A DNA stretch of 64,000 nt, taken from Guillardia theta CCMP2712 (taxonomy: Eukaryota; Protista; Cryptophyta). Shown in pieces: positions 11,409 through 23,439 of this stretch; within the stretch, counting starts at the first letter, position 1, and each line of letters begins with the position of its first letter. The translations under genes were made by a program, and so were the position numbers. The notes under the pieces were generated by a model that saw nothing but the letters and a program-made list of their open reading frames with translations, was not told the DNA's origin and did no database searches. The stretch is from the NCBI RefSeq assembly GCF_000315625.1, contig NW_005434549.1, positions 136,004 to 200,003 of the forward strand, given 5' to 3'.

Positions 11409-12917
11409 TCAAGGAGGGCGAGGACGTCCGAGCTCAAGTTCATCATCCTGGCGATTGACTGAAGGGAAAGGATGAGCCCCAGCATACGTTGCTTCCTCCT
11501 CCGAGGGAGGCTCCTCCATCACCTTGGGGGATTCCTCGAACGCGTTCTCAGCATCTGCATCCGCCCCTGTTGACAACTTTGAGATGCAAACAGGAAGGGA
11601 GAAAGCTCTGCTCGAGCCAACCAGCTTCCACGAGAACCCGGATGACGTCTGCTCCAGCTCGTCAGATCCAAGGGCACAACTCAGAGATCGGATCGGACCT
11701 TTGTTCTGGTTGATGACGGCGACATGCAAGCTGTTTCAAGACAAAGCATCAGGCTACACGTGCGCTTCTTCACAGATCTCCTCACGGCGTGTTGGACTCT
11801 GGAGTTGTCGAGGCGACACTTGCTCCCTTCTCGAGCAGCATCCTGGCCAGATCAGCATGTCCAAACATGCTGGCGATGTGAAGCGCCGTAGTCCCTCCAG
11901 AGGTCTTCCCGCACCAACACAGTCACTATGAAAGTGCTACTTCAGTCCTGGTCTCATGTACCTGATCACGGTTCCGATCTGCAAGCCCGGACAGCTCGTA
12001 GGAGTCGTCAGTCTGCACCGAATCTACTGCGATTCCGGTAGCGATGAGCTCCGACACCCTCGCCACGTTCCCGTCCTCTGCCGCAATCCAGAAATCCTGA
12101 GGGCACATGAGACGATGTGAACTAGCAGGGAAGAAGTTGCGAGTGTATAGGGGAGAGAGAAAGTAGGAAGGGAAGGATGGGGGTCGGGAGAGGTGTATGG
12201 CGATCGCGAACAACAGTAGGGCAGGGGAAGCAAGGAAAGAACGCCGTTGAGCACCTGCATCGTCTCTTCGGAGACCCCCTCACTGTCCACCTCAGCTGCT
12301 GCAGGATGTCAGCTGAAGATGTTGCTGCGGCAACGGAGCTCCTACCCATTCGGAGCAGAGGGGTCATGAGGGAGCGGGCTTTCACTGCACTCGCAAGCCG
12401 TGTAATGCTGCTGCGAGGGATAACATGCTTGCTGACATGCCTGCTCACAGTCATGCTGAATGATTGTCAGCTGAACATGCACAACAAAACGATAACGCGT
12501 AAGAATAGTGTTCACCATGGAATGCGGGAGAAAGAAAAGGACTCTGCAAAGGTACCGTCGTTAGGATCAAACAGTGGAGGACGGGTTGGCAGTAGACAGC
12601 AATATCTAGATAGGTGTGCATCCAAGGAGGACCATACCACTACAACAGCAAAAGAAAGCAGATGAGAATCATTGCATGGACGGCCATCCAGCTCATCAGG
12701 AGCACTGAGGAGAGGAGGGAGAAATCATTCGATCCCGAAGGGCAGGAATGCTTGCTAAGGATCATCATCAACAACCGCTACATTCACGTAGCGGGACATG
12801 ATGCAGCATACCCGCGATGTTGGCCATCATGAGCAGAGAGAGGATCGCAACCGAGCTCACTCCTCCTCCTCCTCCTCCTCGCGCCCTTGCCTGCTTCACT
12901 GCCATAGCGGCCTCCAT
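11409..12917 (-). CDS. Multi-exon ankyrin-repeat protein, possible N-terminal signal peptide
   Basis: Spliced exons ~12098-11520 give DFWIAAEDGNVARVSELIATG..GGTTALHIASMFGHADLARMLLEKGASVASTTPESNTP|LHVAVINQNK|DVIRVLVEA|GADADAENAFEESPK. Putative first exon from ATG 12917 (..VSSVAILSLLMMANIA). Both ends uncertain. Confidence 0.7.
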
Positions 12918-13305
12918 GACACTTTACACGCCTGCTACCCACCCCTGCTCAAACCAGAATAGGAGGGGTAGAGTCTACCAAAATAATGCGAAGACGAGGA
13001 GGGGGAGGGGGAGGATAAGGATGAGGACGAGGACGAGGACGAGGACGAGGATGAGGATGAGGACGAGGATGAGGGTGGGAGTGAGGGGGAGAGAGTGAGG
13101 GGGAGGAGGAGGATATCATGAAGTCTACTTTGATGATGTCCGTGTTGATGGGAGGTTGTTCTATCGGAATCTCAAAATTTCATCATAGATACATCGCATG
13201 TTATGCTGTGTGCATGACGGTTCAAACCCGCTCCCTCTCACAACCCACAACTCCATCCCCTCGTTCTCATCTCTCAGTCTTCTCCTTCACTTCCTGGGCC
13301 ATAGA

Positions 13306-15912
13306 TCAAATCCATTTCCCCACCAAACATTCGCATCTAGCACAAACGTCAGCTTCCTGTACTGCCCCCATCTCCTCTCGCGTGCCCCTCCTTACCTTCC
13401 CACTCCTCTGAGCGTATGATCGCTGACACTGCAGCTGCCTCAGCGGCTGCAGGAAAAACTTTCGCAGCTTCGCCTGCCCTCGCATACTTCCTCCTCCGGT
13501 CAGATCGTCCTGTCCCGTCGTCACGCGCTCAAGACAGGAAATGAGAATTGGCAGGTGCAGGAAACCAGAACGAAGGGGAAGGGAGAGAGAGGGAGGAGAA
13601 AAGCGGGAGGAAGGTGGAGGTTGGTAGGCGCAGAAAGCAGGAGGACAGGGGAGGAAGGTGAAATTGACCGCACCCGGACATCGAGCTGTTCGAGGACAGA
13701 CTGAAACTCTAGTAGAAGATCGAGGTGACGGTCAGAGAGATCCAAAAGCTCCTACGTGAGCACGTGGTGAGGCAAAAAGATCAACATGCAGACAGGAAGG
13801 AGAAGGAGAAAGACTGGGAGGAGAAAGGGGGGGACGAAGGAGAAAGACTGGGAGGAGAAAGGGGGGACGAAGGAGGAAGGGGGCGGCAAGGATATGAAAG
13901 GGATGACATCGGCTGAATAGCACAGAAAGAGGAGAGAAGGGCACACCTGTTGAGCAAGGAACTGCAGCGACCGCCGGACCCGAGCAGCACGATGAGAAGT
14001 CCAGAGGAGGACGAGGTCACGGAAGGCGATGACACCCTTCTGATAGACCGACGGGGTGTGCGCCTGTCTGCTGCTTCCTCCACGTCAGGTGTAAAACAGA
14101 TCGGTCGAGTCGAGCGGGGAAGAGGAGGAGGAAGACATCAGGAGGGAGGGCACGAGGCTCACCAGCAGGAGGAGAGGTGGGCATCGTACTTTCGATTCTC
14201 CCTCTCGACGAGGAGGTTCAGCTCTTCATGCATCGAGTTCATCCTCTTGATCCAGACCTTCGCTCTCCTCCATCCCTCCACGATCTTCTCCAGCACCTTC
14301 AGCTCATCTTCTATCTCCCTCCGCTTCGACCCCCGCTCGTTTCCTCCGTTCACCCCGTCGCTCTCTGCGCTCTCTGCTCCGCCAAACCCGACCCCTTCCC
14401 CACTGCTGCTGCGGCCGTTTGACTCTCCTCCTGCTCCTCCTGCACCCCATTCTCCTCCTCCTCGCATGCCACCCCAGACTTCCACAGCAAGTCGCTCCAT
14501 GAACTCGACCATGACAAGGGCAACGCAGTCATACAGCTGAGAGACGAAAGCAAATTCGAGAATTCGGGATGAAAGGAAAAGGGGAAGGGAAGGAGGACAA
14601 GTAACAAAGGGGAAATACGAAACAGGAAGGGTGAAACACAGGAGTGCAGAAGAAAGAAATGGAAGAAAAATGTCAGACACGAAACACCAATAAGGTCGAT
14701 ATTACTTGGGTCCATTCTTTCCTCGCGAGTTTCTTTACCACCTGTCATCGGCATGAGCTCCGATCTTTATCGTTCATTCTTCTCGTCTTACATTACGGCA
14801 TCTGCTTGCTTCGTCCTCGTCAAAATCATCTTTTTCCATTCTTATTCTCAACCAGTTCCACCCTGGTAAGACAGAATCAGTCTCGAACTTTGAAAGCACC
14901 ACGTGCATTCATTTGTTTTCAGCATTTTGGAACGGGCAAATCAAAATCCGATGGCGTGAAAGCAATAAAAACAAGACAACAACGATGTCGAGTAATGTCT
15001 CTCGGGTAAAACATAGCAAATGAATGCTACAACAGCGCATCGATTCCGGCAACAGCACCAACTAAACCATCCTACCTGTCTGCAATTCACCAAAGACTTT
15101 CTCAATCTTTCTTCGTGTTTCTAGCCTGAAATGCTTCCATAACGGTCCATCCTGTAAACAAGAAAAGTCATCTCCACTTTTAGCTCCATCTCCACCATCA
15201 TCACAACAGCCATCTCCACCTTCACCAGAAATCAAATCAATCTCTCTCACCTGGATCCGATCAGAGTTCTGTCCAAAACAACAATCTTTCTCGACGACAA
15301 GCTGGGATACACTCAGTCCTTCGCTCGTTTCCCTCCGCTTTTCTCTCCCCTGTTCCCCTGCCTCCTCTCTCCCTCTCGCCTTCTTAATCGTTCTCTCCTC
15401 CCCATTCTCATCCCCTTTGCTCTTTTGTTTCTCACCTCCTTACAGAACTGATACCACAGCACATCGGATCTCAACGTAAGCGACCATTTCCGGCAAACTG
15501 ACATGCACAGCAGCAGCATGTCCTTCCACCCGACCCGGATCGCGATCTGCATCAGAACTTCTTCTGGAATGTTCCAGCGGAATTTTTCCTGCCCGCTGCT
15601 GCCACGATGACGATCTGAGAACCGGCGACTCTCTGAGGATGCAAGAGGGGAGCCATGGCCTTCCCCACCACCCCCTTTGATGGCAACCAGGCTGCTACCT
15701 TCCGCTGCACCCAGCCTCTTCCTGTCCAGAGCCTCGTCTTCCCCGTCACTCTCGTCCAGCAGGTCCTCGAGCATGTTGAACTCGTCCTTTGCGCATTCAT
15801 CGGCATCGGCTCGAGCGTTGGACATGGTTTGTGCTGCGTCGCCAGCGACATGGTCTCGGGGCGATGTGACGGATGAAAATCGACCGCTGAAGCCATGAAA
15901 CTCCAGGCTCAT
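13306..15912 (-). CDS. F-box protein with downstream cullin-N-terminal-repeat-like helical region
   Basis: F-box NIPEEVLMQIAIRVGWKDMLLLCMSVCRKWSLTLRSDVLWYQFC (ORF 15313-15912). Later exons: GWNWLRIRMEK..EASRCRN|VVKKLARK, LYDCVALVMVEFMERLA, ELKVLEKIVEGWRRAKVWIKRMNSMHEELN, TPSVYQKG|SLQF. 3' end uncertain. Confidence 0.65.
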
Positions 15913-16459
15913 GACGAGATAGCGATATAACAGGATGCTGCTGCACTTGGTCTAGCTCGTTTGAAAAGGATCTGCGGCAAAACGTAAGGGCACAGCAAAA
16001 CCACGATGATACGGTATTAGAAGAACACATTGCAAAGAACGTGACATTCATGATTCATGGTTTTGAACGCCATGCCATGCGCAGAGCAGATAATATTCAT
16101 AGCAAACACTCTGCCACTACCTTCGTATACCACCAGTGTCACCAACGTGTCAAGTTTGAAGCATCTCCTGCACACTTTCACTTGTTCGTAAAGAATTTTC
16201 TCTTCGTATCCCCCCTACCAGCCTTTCCGTGTTTGCTCATCTGTCGAGCCTCCCACATCATTCTTCTGACCATGTTCATGAGATGCTCTTCTTCTCACCT
16301 CCTTCCCTCCCTCCCTCCCTCCTTCTCCTTCCCCTCCCTCCTCCCCGCTCAAGCATGGCGGCTCATCTGCAACCATTCGGCTTCGGCCTGCCGGGCCGAG
16401 ACTTGGTAGGAACTGAACTACTTCCAACCGTTACATCACAGTTACAGTCGTTATTCTCT

Positions 16460-17350
16460 TCTTCTCGGGGGTCGGGGTGGTGGGTGTTGGGGGTGGGGTA
16501 GAATCGTTTTGTAGACAGTGGGTGGGTACAGGTCAATACAGACATGAGACCAGGGGTAGGTGGTAAAGATATGTGAATTTTGGGAACAGTGGGACTATCA
16601 GCAACTGAAGGGCTAGGTCAGAGCATATGGATTATATATTCTATCTCATTTATGAAAAGAGCTCTCTATAGGACGTGTTGTTCGTGTGTTCCATGTTTTG
16701 TCAAATACTACCGGTGGGTGGGTTAATAAGGAGGTCAACTCGATTGGGGAAGGGGGGTTACGGTGTAGGTAGGATCCATTTTGAAGGAGGCGTTGTCGGA
16801 ATGGTTGGTGGAATAATAAAAGTAGTACCACCTAGGTAGCCGATTATTCGATTGAAGCTCTAATATAAAATGGATATCCCTCTGACTTGGCCCTATAGTG
16901 CCCGCTACAGAGGAACTGCAGACTCCCAAACTCTTTTGTCTCCCAATGAGAGTACCCACCCACCCCAGCTTTCCATACCCCCCCCCCCCCCCCCCCCCGG
17001 CGATGCCCCGATGACCCACCCATCCTACACTTGATTCCCGGCTTTACTTCATCACCCCCCCATGTCTTTGACTACCTAATTGTTCAGCAGCGAATTTGCC
17101 ACACATATAAGGCATAGCATAGAGGAAGCTTTTTCTAAGTCACCTATTAGTAAATATTTCATTACATCTGATGTAATACCCTCCACTGCATATGTCATGA
17201 CCCATATAGGGTAGGTAGGGCGATCAAGGGATATATCATGCTTTTCCAGCAGGGGTAGGGGGTGGGTAGCCATAATCCAGGGGGGGGGTTATACAAAACA
17301 GCGGTGGGTAGGTTGTTCATAGCCGACATGTTCAATAACAATGGGGGGAA
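16460..17350. promoter_or_regulatory. GGGTA/TACCC-rich island in a divergent promoter region, with G4-like motif and C21 tract
   Basis: G-runs at 16467-16498 (GGGGG-GGGG-GGG-GGGGG-GGGG), C21 at 16978-16998 and many ggggta/gggtggg. It lies between the divergent F-box and bHLH-PAS genes. The regulatory role is inferred from position only. Confidence 0.4.
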
Positions 17351-17478
17351 AGGGAAAGGAAGGTGAAGAAGCAGCAGCAGGGGCAGCGAGGCGGCGGGAT
17401 GAGTGAGAGGAGAGGGGACATAGATCATGACAGGTCTTGCCTAGAAGAAGTGAACTAGGGTGGGACTGATCAGGGGAG

Positions 17479-17544
17479 GGAAGGAAAGTTCAGGACTGCT
17501 GGAAGGAAAGTTGAGGACTGCTGGAAGGAAAGTTGAGGACTGCT
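17479..17544 (+). repeat. 22-bp tandem repeat x3 upstream of the bHLH-PAS gene
   Basis: ggaaggaaagtt(c/g)aggactgct at 17479, 17501 and 17523. Confidence 0.9.
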
Positions 17545-17690
17545 CATACATCTGACTATCGAGCAGGAAGCAGGGGCTGATTGGAGGTGCAGGGCTCGCT
17601 CTCATCTTCGTTGTAAGTGGTGAATCTGACTGAAGTTTGACTGGAGATCGAAACATGTGAAAGCTCGGAACTTGCCTTGTCCGTCAAAGA

Positions 17691-20119
17691 ATGTCCGCCA
17701 ACAACTCAGACAGCAACAGCAAGGACTTGGATGGCTCCATGGGCGATGCAGATACTGGGCAGGATGAGGCGGGAGGAGCAGGAAACAACAAGTACCGCAG
17801 GAGGAATGTAGAGAGACATCTTGCAGCGGAGAGGGATCGCAGGAAGGCTACGAAGAGCAAGCTGCAAGAGCTGGATGCCCTCCTACCAGACTCGTCGAGC
17901 GGGCCCAGAACACTGAATCAATGCTTGAAGGTGGCATGGGAGCATATTAACGGCATTGTCAAGGGAAAGCAGGCAGGTGGCAGCCAAGAGAACTCTCAAG
18001 CTGGAGAGAGGTCTGTCCTGTCCTCTGCGATGGAGGCAAGCCCGAATGTTGGGGTTGGGGTTCTGAACAGGGAGTGGAAGTTCGTGAGAGCGAATCAGGC
18101 ACTGACGAAGGCAGTGAGCAACGGCCAGCCCCTCCTCGGGGTCAGCCTCCTCTCGATCGTGAACCCCTCCGATTCTCAGCCACTGGCCGATCTGCTCTCG
18201 AAGCTGAGCAGGTCGACGAGCAACGGGGGGGATAAGGTATTCATCAACATTCGATTTGCCGCCAGGGCTGGGTCAGCGCTCGATTTCAATCGCTACTACA
18301 AGCTCGACATCGTTTCTGTCAACGTGAGACCGAATGAGAAGGTTCAAATCCTCCTCGTCTACTTCGGACCCTCCTCAAGGTATCCCAACGTCGGTCCTCA
18401 GCCTGCTCCCCGGCCGCAAGGCCTTAGCCGGGCGGAGGAGCTGGTGAACAAGATCCCGATACTGCAAGGACTGGATCCCATGACGTTGTTAGAGGTCCTT
18501 TCGATGGCGCAGACTGCAGTTCTCGGCCCGGGAACCACCATCATCAACGCCGGGTATCCCCCGGGCCCGATGTTCTTTCTCGAGTCTGGCAAGTGTGTGG
18601 TGCAAGTGCGAGGGCGGCAGGTTGCCATGCTGGACGCGGGGGACTGCTTCGGTGAGATCTCGCTGCTGTCAGCCGAGCCGAGGACGGCAGATGTCATCAC
18701 GCTGACCCAGAGCACCGTCTTGCAACTCCCCGCTGTCCTTTTCCTGCAATGCGCGCACTCCAACCCAGCGTTGATGGGTAGGCTCCAGAACCTTGCGAAC
18801 TCAAGGTTGCTGCGCGATTCGGGCTCCTGGAGCCACTCCACGGGGCTTCCGATCGGAATGGGCCCGGCGCTGCTCGGGGTTCCTTCCCGGCCGATGCAGA
18901 GCGGAGGGTTGCAACAGCTGCCGCAGCTCCCGGTCAAGGTTGAGGGCTCGCTGCAGTTCCAGCCAGGCGGTGCCCAGCCCTTATCTTTTGGCATGCAAGC
19001 GCAGGGAGGATCGTTTGACGTCAAGGCGACGCCTGAAGAAGCTCCGATGGCGCAGAGCAAGGCAGCTCCGAGCCAGCTGGGCGCGGAGCCGTTGAGCTCG
19101 TCGAGTAGCTGGAGTAACTCCCAGTCAGCTTCTCTGCAGCCATTTGGAAACCAACCTGAGGTTTCCAGCGAAGTGACCAGCCAAGGCCTCGTGAGCATGA
19201 TCGAGGCCGGAAGCAACTGGGGAGGGGGGGTCGTGAGGAGGAGCAGCGGGCAAGTGGCTAGGCAAGACTCCATCATTCAGCTCATCGGGGACATCGCAGG
19301 AGAGGCGTCCGAGCCGATCGCTGGGCCATGGGCGTCGGACTTTGCAGATGGCGTCCTCGATGGAGGGAGGAACAACCTGCACAATCGATCGCGCACAGCG
19401 ACGCCGGACGGAGCGCACAGGTCCATGTCATGGGACAGCTTCGTGCGGGGAGAGTGCGACTTTTCGCGCCACCTCGCTCCTGCATCTCCTACCTCCTCTC
19501 ACAAGGACGGGCACGGAGGACGATCGGAGCAACCTCCGATCACGACGGAGAGGTTGACTCGCTGCCAGATGATTTCGAGCTGCTCCCCGTCCTGCATCGC
19601 CGACATGGCCAGCAGGCTGCGGTCAGTCGTGGCGGAGGAAGGGGATGTTCTGGTGCACCAGGGGTCGCCAGGGCGGTCGCTCTTCTTCATAGAGCAGGGG
19701 ACGTGTCATGTGATCGTTAACGGGCTCGTCGTGAGGACGCTGGGGCCCGGCGAGTGCTTCGGTGAAATCTCTCTGATAATGACGGAGATGGCAACCGCGG
19801 AGGTACGTGTTGCAGGCTCCCCTGCCTCTGCCCTTGCCTCGTCCTCGAGTGCGATGCTGGCTCCTTGCGCTGGCATGCTCTCCACTCCTCACTCCTCTCC
19901 TCCTCGCTCGCGTTCTCGCTCGCACGTTGTTGACTGGTCGGGGATCAGGTCATAGCCATGGAGAAGTGCGAGCTGCTGGAGGTAACGTCGCTCCTCCTCC
20001 TCCTGCCCTTGTGTTGACCTTGCGTGCCTTCAGCTCCCTGCGCGGGACGTCTGGGTGCTGCTGCCCGAGTATCCTGACCTTTACGGGTTGCTGAAGCAGC
20101 AGGTGAGGAGCAGGAGCAA

Positions 20120-20156
<37 letters not shown>

Positions 20157-20834
20157 CGGGGGTTGGGGGGGGGGAGGAAGGATAGGTGCTGGGGATAAAC
20201 GTGGGGAAGAGAAACAGGAACGCTGACGGGCAGTCAGGCAATAGACAACATCAATAGGGCTGGGATCTGCGACCTCTCAGCCTGGGGGACATATCTCCCA
20301 AGACCTCGCCGGGGAGAGAGATTTTGAGAAGCTCTTGGCNNNNNNNNNNNNNNNNNNNNNNNNNNNNNNNNNNNNNNNNNNNNNNNNNNNNNNNNNNNNN
20401 NNNNNNNNNNNNNNNNNNNNNNNNNNNNNNNNNNNNNNNCCTCCCCTCCCCTCCCCTCCCCTCCCCTCCCTCCCCTCCCTCCCTCCCCTCCCCCTCCCTC
20501 CCCTCCCCTCCCTCCCCTCCCCTCCCTCCCCTCCCTCCCTCCCTCCCCCTCCTCCCTCCTCCCTCCCTCCCCTCCTCCTCCTCCCCTCCTCCCTCCCTCA
20601 TCCCTTCCTTCTCCTTCCGACTTTTTCCGTTCTCGTCACTCTCCTGTCCTTCTTTTGCCTTCCTCCTCTCACACCTGTTGCTCTGGTGCCAGTAACGGAT
20701 CCGCAGGGAGGACAAACGACGACGCTCGACTCCTTGATAACAGGGGTGAGAACGAGAAGGAGGGAGAGGAGGAGGGAGAAGTGATGCGTATCAGCACTAG
20801 GATCAGGATACGGATTAGAACTAGAACCAATGAC

Positions 20835-20869
<35 letters not shown>

Positions 20870-21377
20870 AATCAAGAGCAGGGGAGGGTTAGAGGCAGTA
20901 GCAGCAGGGTGGGAACTTTTATTTCAGTCTCACTTACGTCAAGGTGATGGAGCTTGACAAGATTCTCAACGAGGAGAACGATCTCGATAGAGCCAAGTCT
21001 TGCGTCGCAGACCTGCGGCCACTGCTGCAGATGCTGATGAGGAGCGGTTACAGGTGGGGCTAGTTGCTCGATCTCCCCCTGCCTCTCCTCGCGCGCAGCT
21101 CTCCTCTCCACCTTCTTCCTTGTTTCCCGTCTCTTCTCTCCTCCATCGCCTCTGACCGCTCCCTCTCTTTCTCTCTTCCCGTTCCTCTCCTCTTTCCCTC
21201 TCCTCTCCTCTCTTCTTCTCCCTCTCCTCTTTCCCTCTCTTCTCCTCTCTTCTTCTCCCTCTCCTCTCTTCCTCTCTTTCTGTCTTGTTGGCTCTGCCCG
21301 ACCCTGATCTCTCTACAGGCCAGAGCCTATCGCACCGGACGATACATGATAAAGTTTTCAGTTCCCTCGTTTTCTAA
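17691..21377 (+). CDS. bHLH-PAS transcription factor with two cyclic-nucleotide-binding (cNMP) domains
   Basis: Exon 1 (17691-19802) contains: bHLH RHLAAERDRRKATKSKLQELDALLP..LNQCLKVAWEHI; PAS-like AMEASPNVGVGVLNREWKFVRANQAL..LLGVSLLSIVNPSD; cNMP-1 with PBC FGEISLLSAEPRTADV; cNMP-2 GDVLVHQGSPGRSLFFIEQG..FGEISLIMTEMATAE. cNMP-2 is completed by exons 19949-19981 (VIAMEKCELLE) and 20034-20102 (LPARDVWVLLPEYPDLYGLL). Further exons cross the gap to a probable stop at 21375-21377 (3' end tentative). Confidence 0.85.
20340..20439. other. Assembly gap (100 N)
   Basis: Run of n followed by a (ccct)n tract. Confidence 1.
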
Positions 21378-21524
21378 TTCATCGCAGTTAATAATCAAGG
21401 TAGATCGGACTGGTCGCGTCCTCCTATCATACACCTCACCTCTGCTTCTGCTTCTCCTCTCCCTCCGCTCCGTCGCTCTCTCCATGCTCTCATGGCATCT
21501 CATCTCCTTTCTCCTCCTCCTTGC

Positions 21525-23040
21525 TCATGTGTTGTTCCGCTCCGATCTCGCAGAGTTCTCGCGGATCGACTGAAGTTTCTGCCGGTCCTGCTCGCGCAGG
21601 CCGAGCTCGTCCGGGGGTTCTAGAGACCATGCGGGCTCCTCGGCGAGAGCAAGATGATACAACCTGATCCGATGTCACTGAGAGGAGAGGAGAGAACAAG
21701 AGCAGAGGAGAGGAAAAGAAGAAGAGGGGGAAGAAGAAAGAGAATGGGGCCGGGGGAGGGGGGAGAAGATGGGAGAGGAGGAAGGATGAGGTAGAGTCAG
21801 ATATGTTGAGACGGAAAGCTAAGGCGCGAAGGAGAGCGATGAAGAGGGATTGGAGGACTGCCAGGGCGGGCGAACGAGGAAGGGGAGAGGAAGAAAAGGA
21901 GATACCCGTCATTGCCACAGTTGTAGACGTAGTACGTGTTGTCGATTATTGGCTTCCTCCCGCTATCCCATTTTACAGTGCACTGAAGACAGTGAAGAGA
22001 GGTGAAGTCAGAAGGAAGCTGCGAGAGGGAGCAAGGGCGGGGGGGGAGGGATGGATGGATGGATGGAGGGAGGGAGGGAGGGAGGGAGGGAGGGAGGGAG
22101 GAGAGGGAGGGAGGGAGGGATGGATGGAGGGAGGGAGGGAGGGAGGGACGGAGGGAGGGAGGAGGAGAGGGACGGAGGGAGGGAAGGAGGGAGGGAGGGA
22201 GGGAGGGAAACAGGCCGTAAATGACTTCACCATGCCCATATAAGCTTCTCTCCCATTGTAGACCACAGTACCGATCCCATCGTCCAGATAGTCAGTTCCA
22301 TGTTCCTTGTCCCACAATCGCAAATATTCCTTTCCCGCGTCGCTGTGCAGCATTAGGACAAGACATGAGGAGGAGGAGGAGGAGGAGGAGGAGGAGGAGG
22401 AGGAGGAGGAGGAGGAGGAGGGCTAAAAGACCTCAGCTTGACGCGCAGCCCACTTGTGATCTTGAAATCTCGTCCGAGGATCTACCGATCAAGTAAGAAT
22501 CAACCTTTCCCACCTTCACCCTTCTCACTTTCTCGCATGTTTCTGCTATCTGCGGGCTCCGGAAATGTTTTGCGTGATATTGGGCCTTGAGAGGAGAGAC
22601 TCAGCAGACGTGCGAGCGGGGTTGTAATGAATCAACTCATGCATCTCGTCCTCGTATCAGCATCAGACGTCAACGCACCTGGGAATGACAGTTCCTGGGC
22701 ATCATTACCAGCCCAGAGATATCTGAGTTCTGACCAGACGCTGGAAGTTGCGCACATGGGTGGCCGGGAATCAGCATGCCTGTAGAGGTCGTGTGAAAAT
22801 TCTAACATCTCATCATCCTCTGTTCTCTCAACGTCATCAATTCTTCTGTCTTTCCCCTTCCCTCCAATCATCTATGATCTTGTTCTCTTGTTCTCTTGTT
22901 CGCTTGTTCTCTTGTTCGCTTGTTCTCTTCTCCATCTCATGACTGTCTTCCATCATCTTCATCGTCTTCTCAGCATCCTCTCCTTGTCTCCCTCGCTTCT
23001 TCTCTTCTCTTAGCCTCATTTCTCTCTGCCGCCTCCATGG
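21525..23040 (-). CDS. Small multi-exon protein with a MIB/HERC2-like (SH3-fold) domain
   Basis: Spliced: ITSGLRVKL|SDAGKEYLRLWDKEHGTDYLDDGIGTVVYNG..VKWDSGRKPIIDNTYYVYNCGNDG|LYHLALA..RNNT* (stop 21525-21527). Resembles the MIB-HERC2 pattern G.RV..W..D.G.GTV..V.WD.G..Y..G..G.YDL. 5' end uncertain. Confidence 0.55.
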
Positions 23041-23439
23041 TTTCTCCAACTGTTTTCCCTGAAGCCACCACCCCACCTACCTACCCTCATTTTGAAGATG
23101 AACAACCGGGTACTTAGACTACCCTACCCACAGTCGTCAGTTAGGCCAGCAATGGCGAACGGTAAAGCAGCGCAAGCAATGGGCGACGCTTGCCAGCATG
23201 GCAGGAGGGAGGAGCATGAGACCAGAGCTCCTGCATGCTGAGGGCCTCGAGGAAGCGAGATACAGCAGGAGATGAGAGCCGCAAGAGCTGCTCGCGTCCT
23301 CTCAGATCGTTGCTACCGGCGGCAATCATCGCTATGCCAGGCCTGAGCACAAGGCCCAGCAGCCGTTGAGCCCGACAGGCACGACGAGGGAGGGTTCTGA
23401 CGCCATGCTGCTGTGAACCTGTAGAGAGGACGTGAGGTT

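Noticed and set aside
17549-17659. E-boxes (CATCTG, CATGTG) upstream of the bHLH gene as autoregulatory sites
   Set aside because: CANNTG occurs often by chance, and neither site is the predicted CACGTG.
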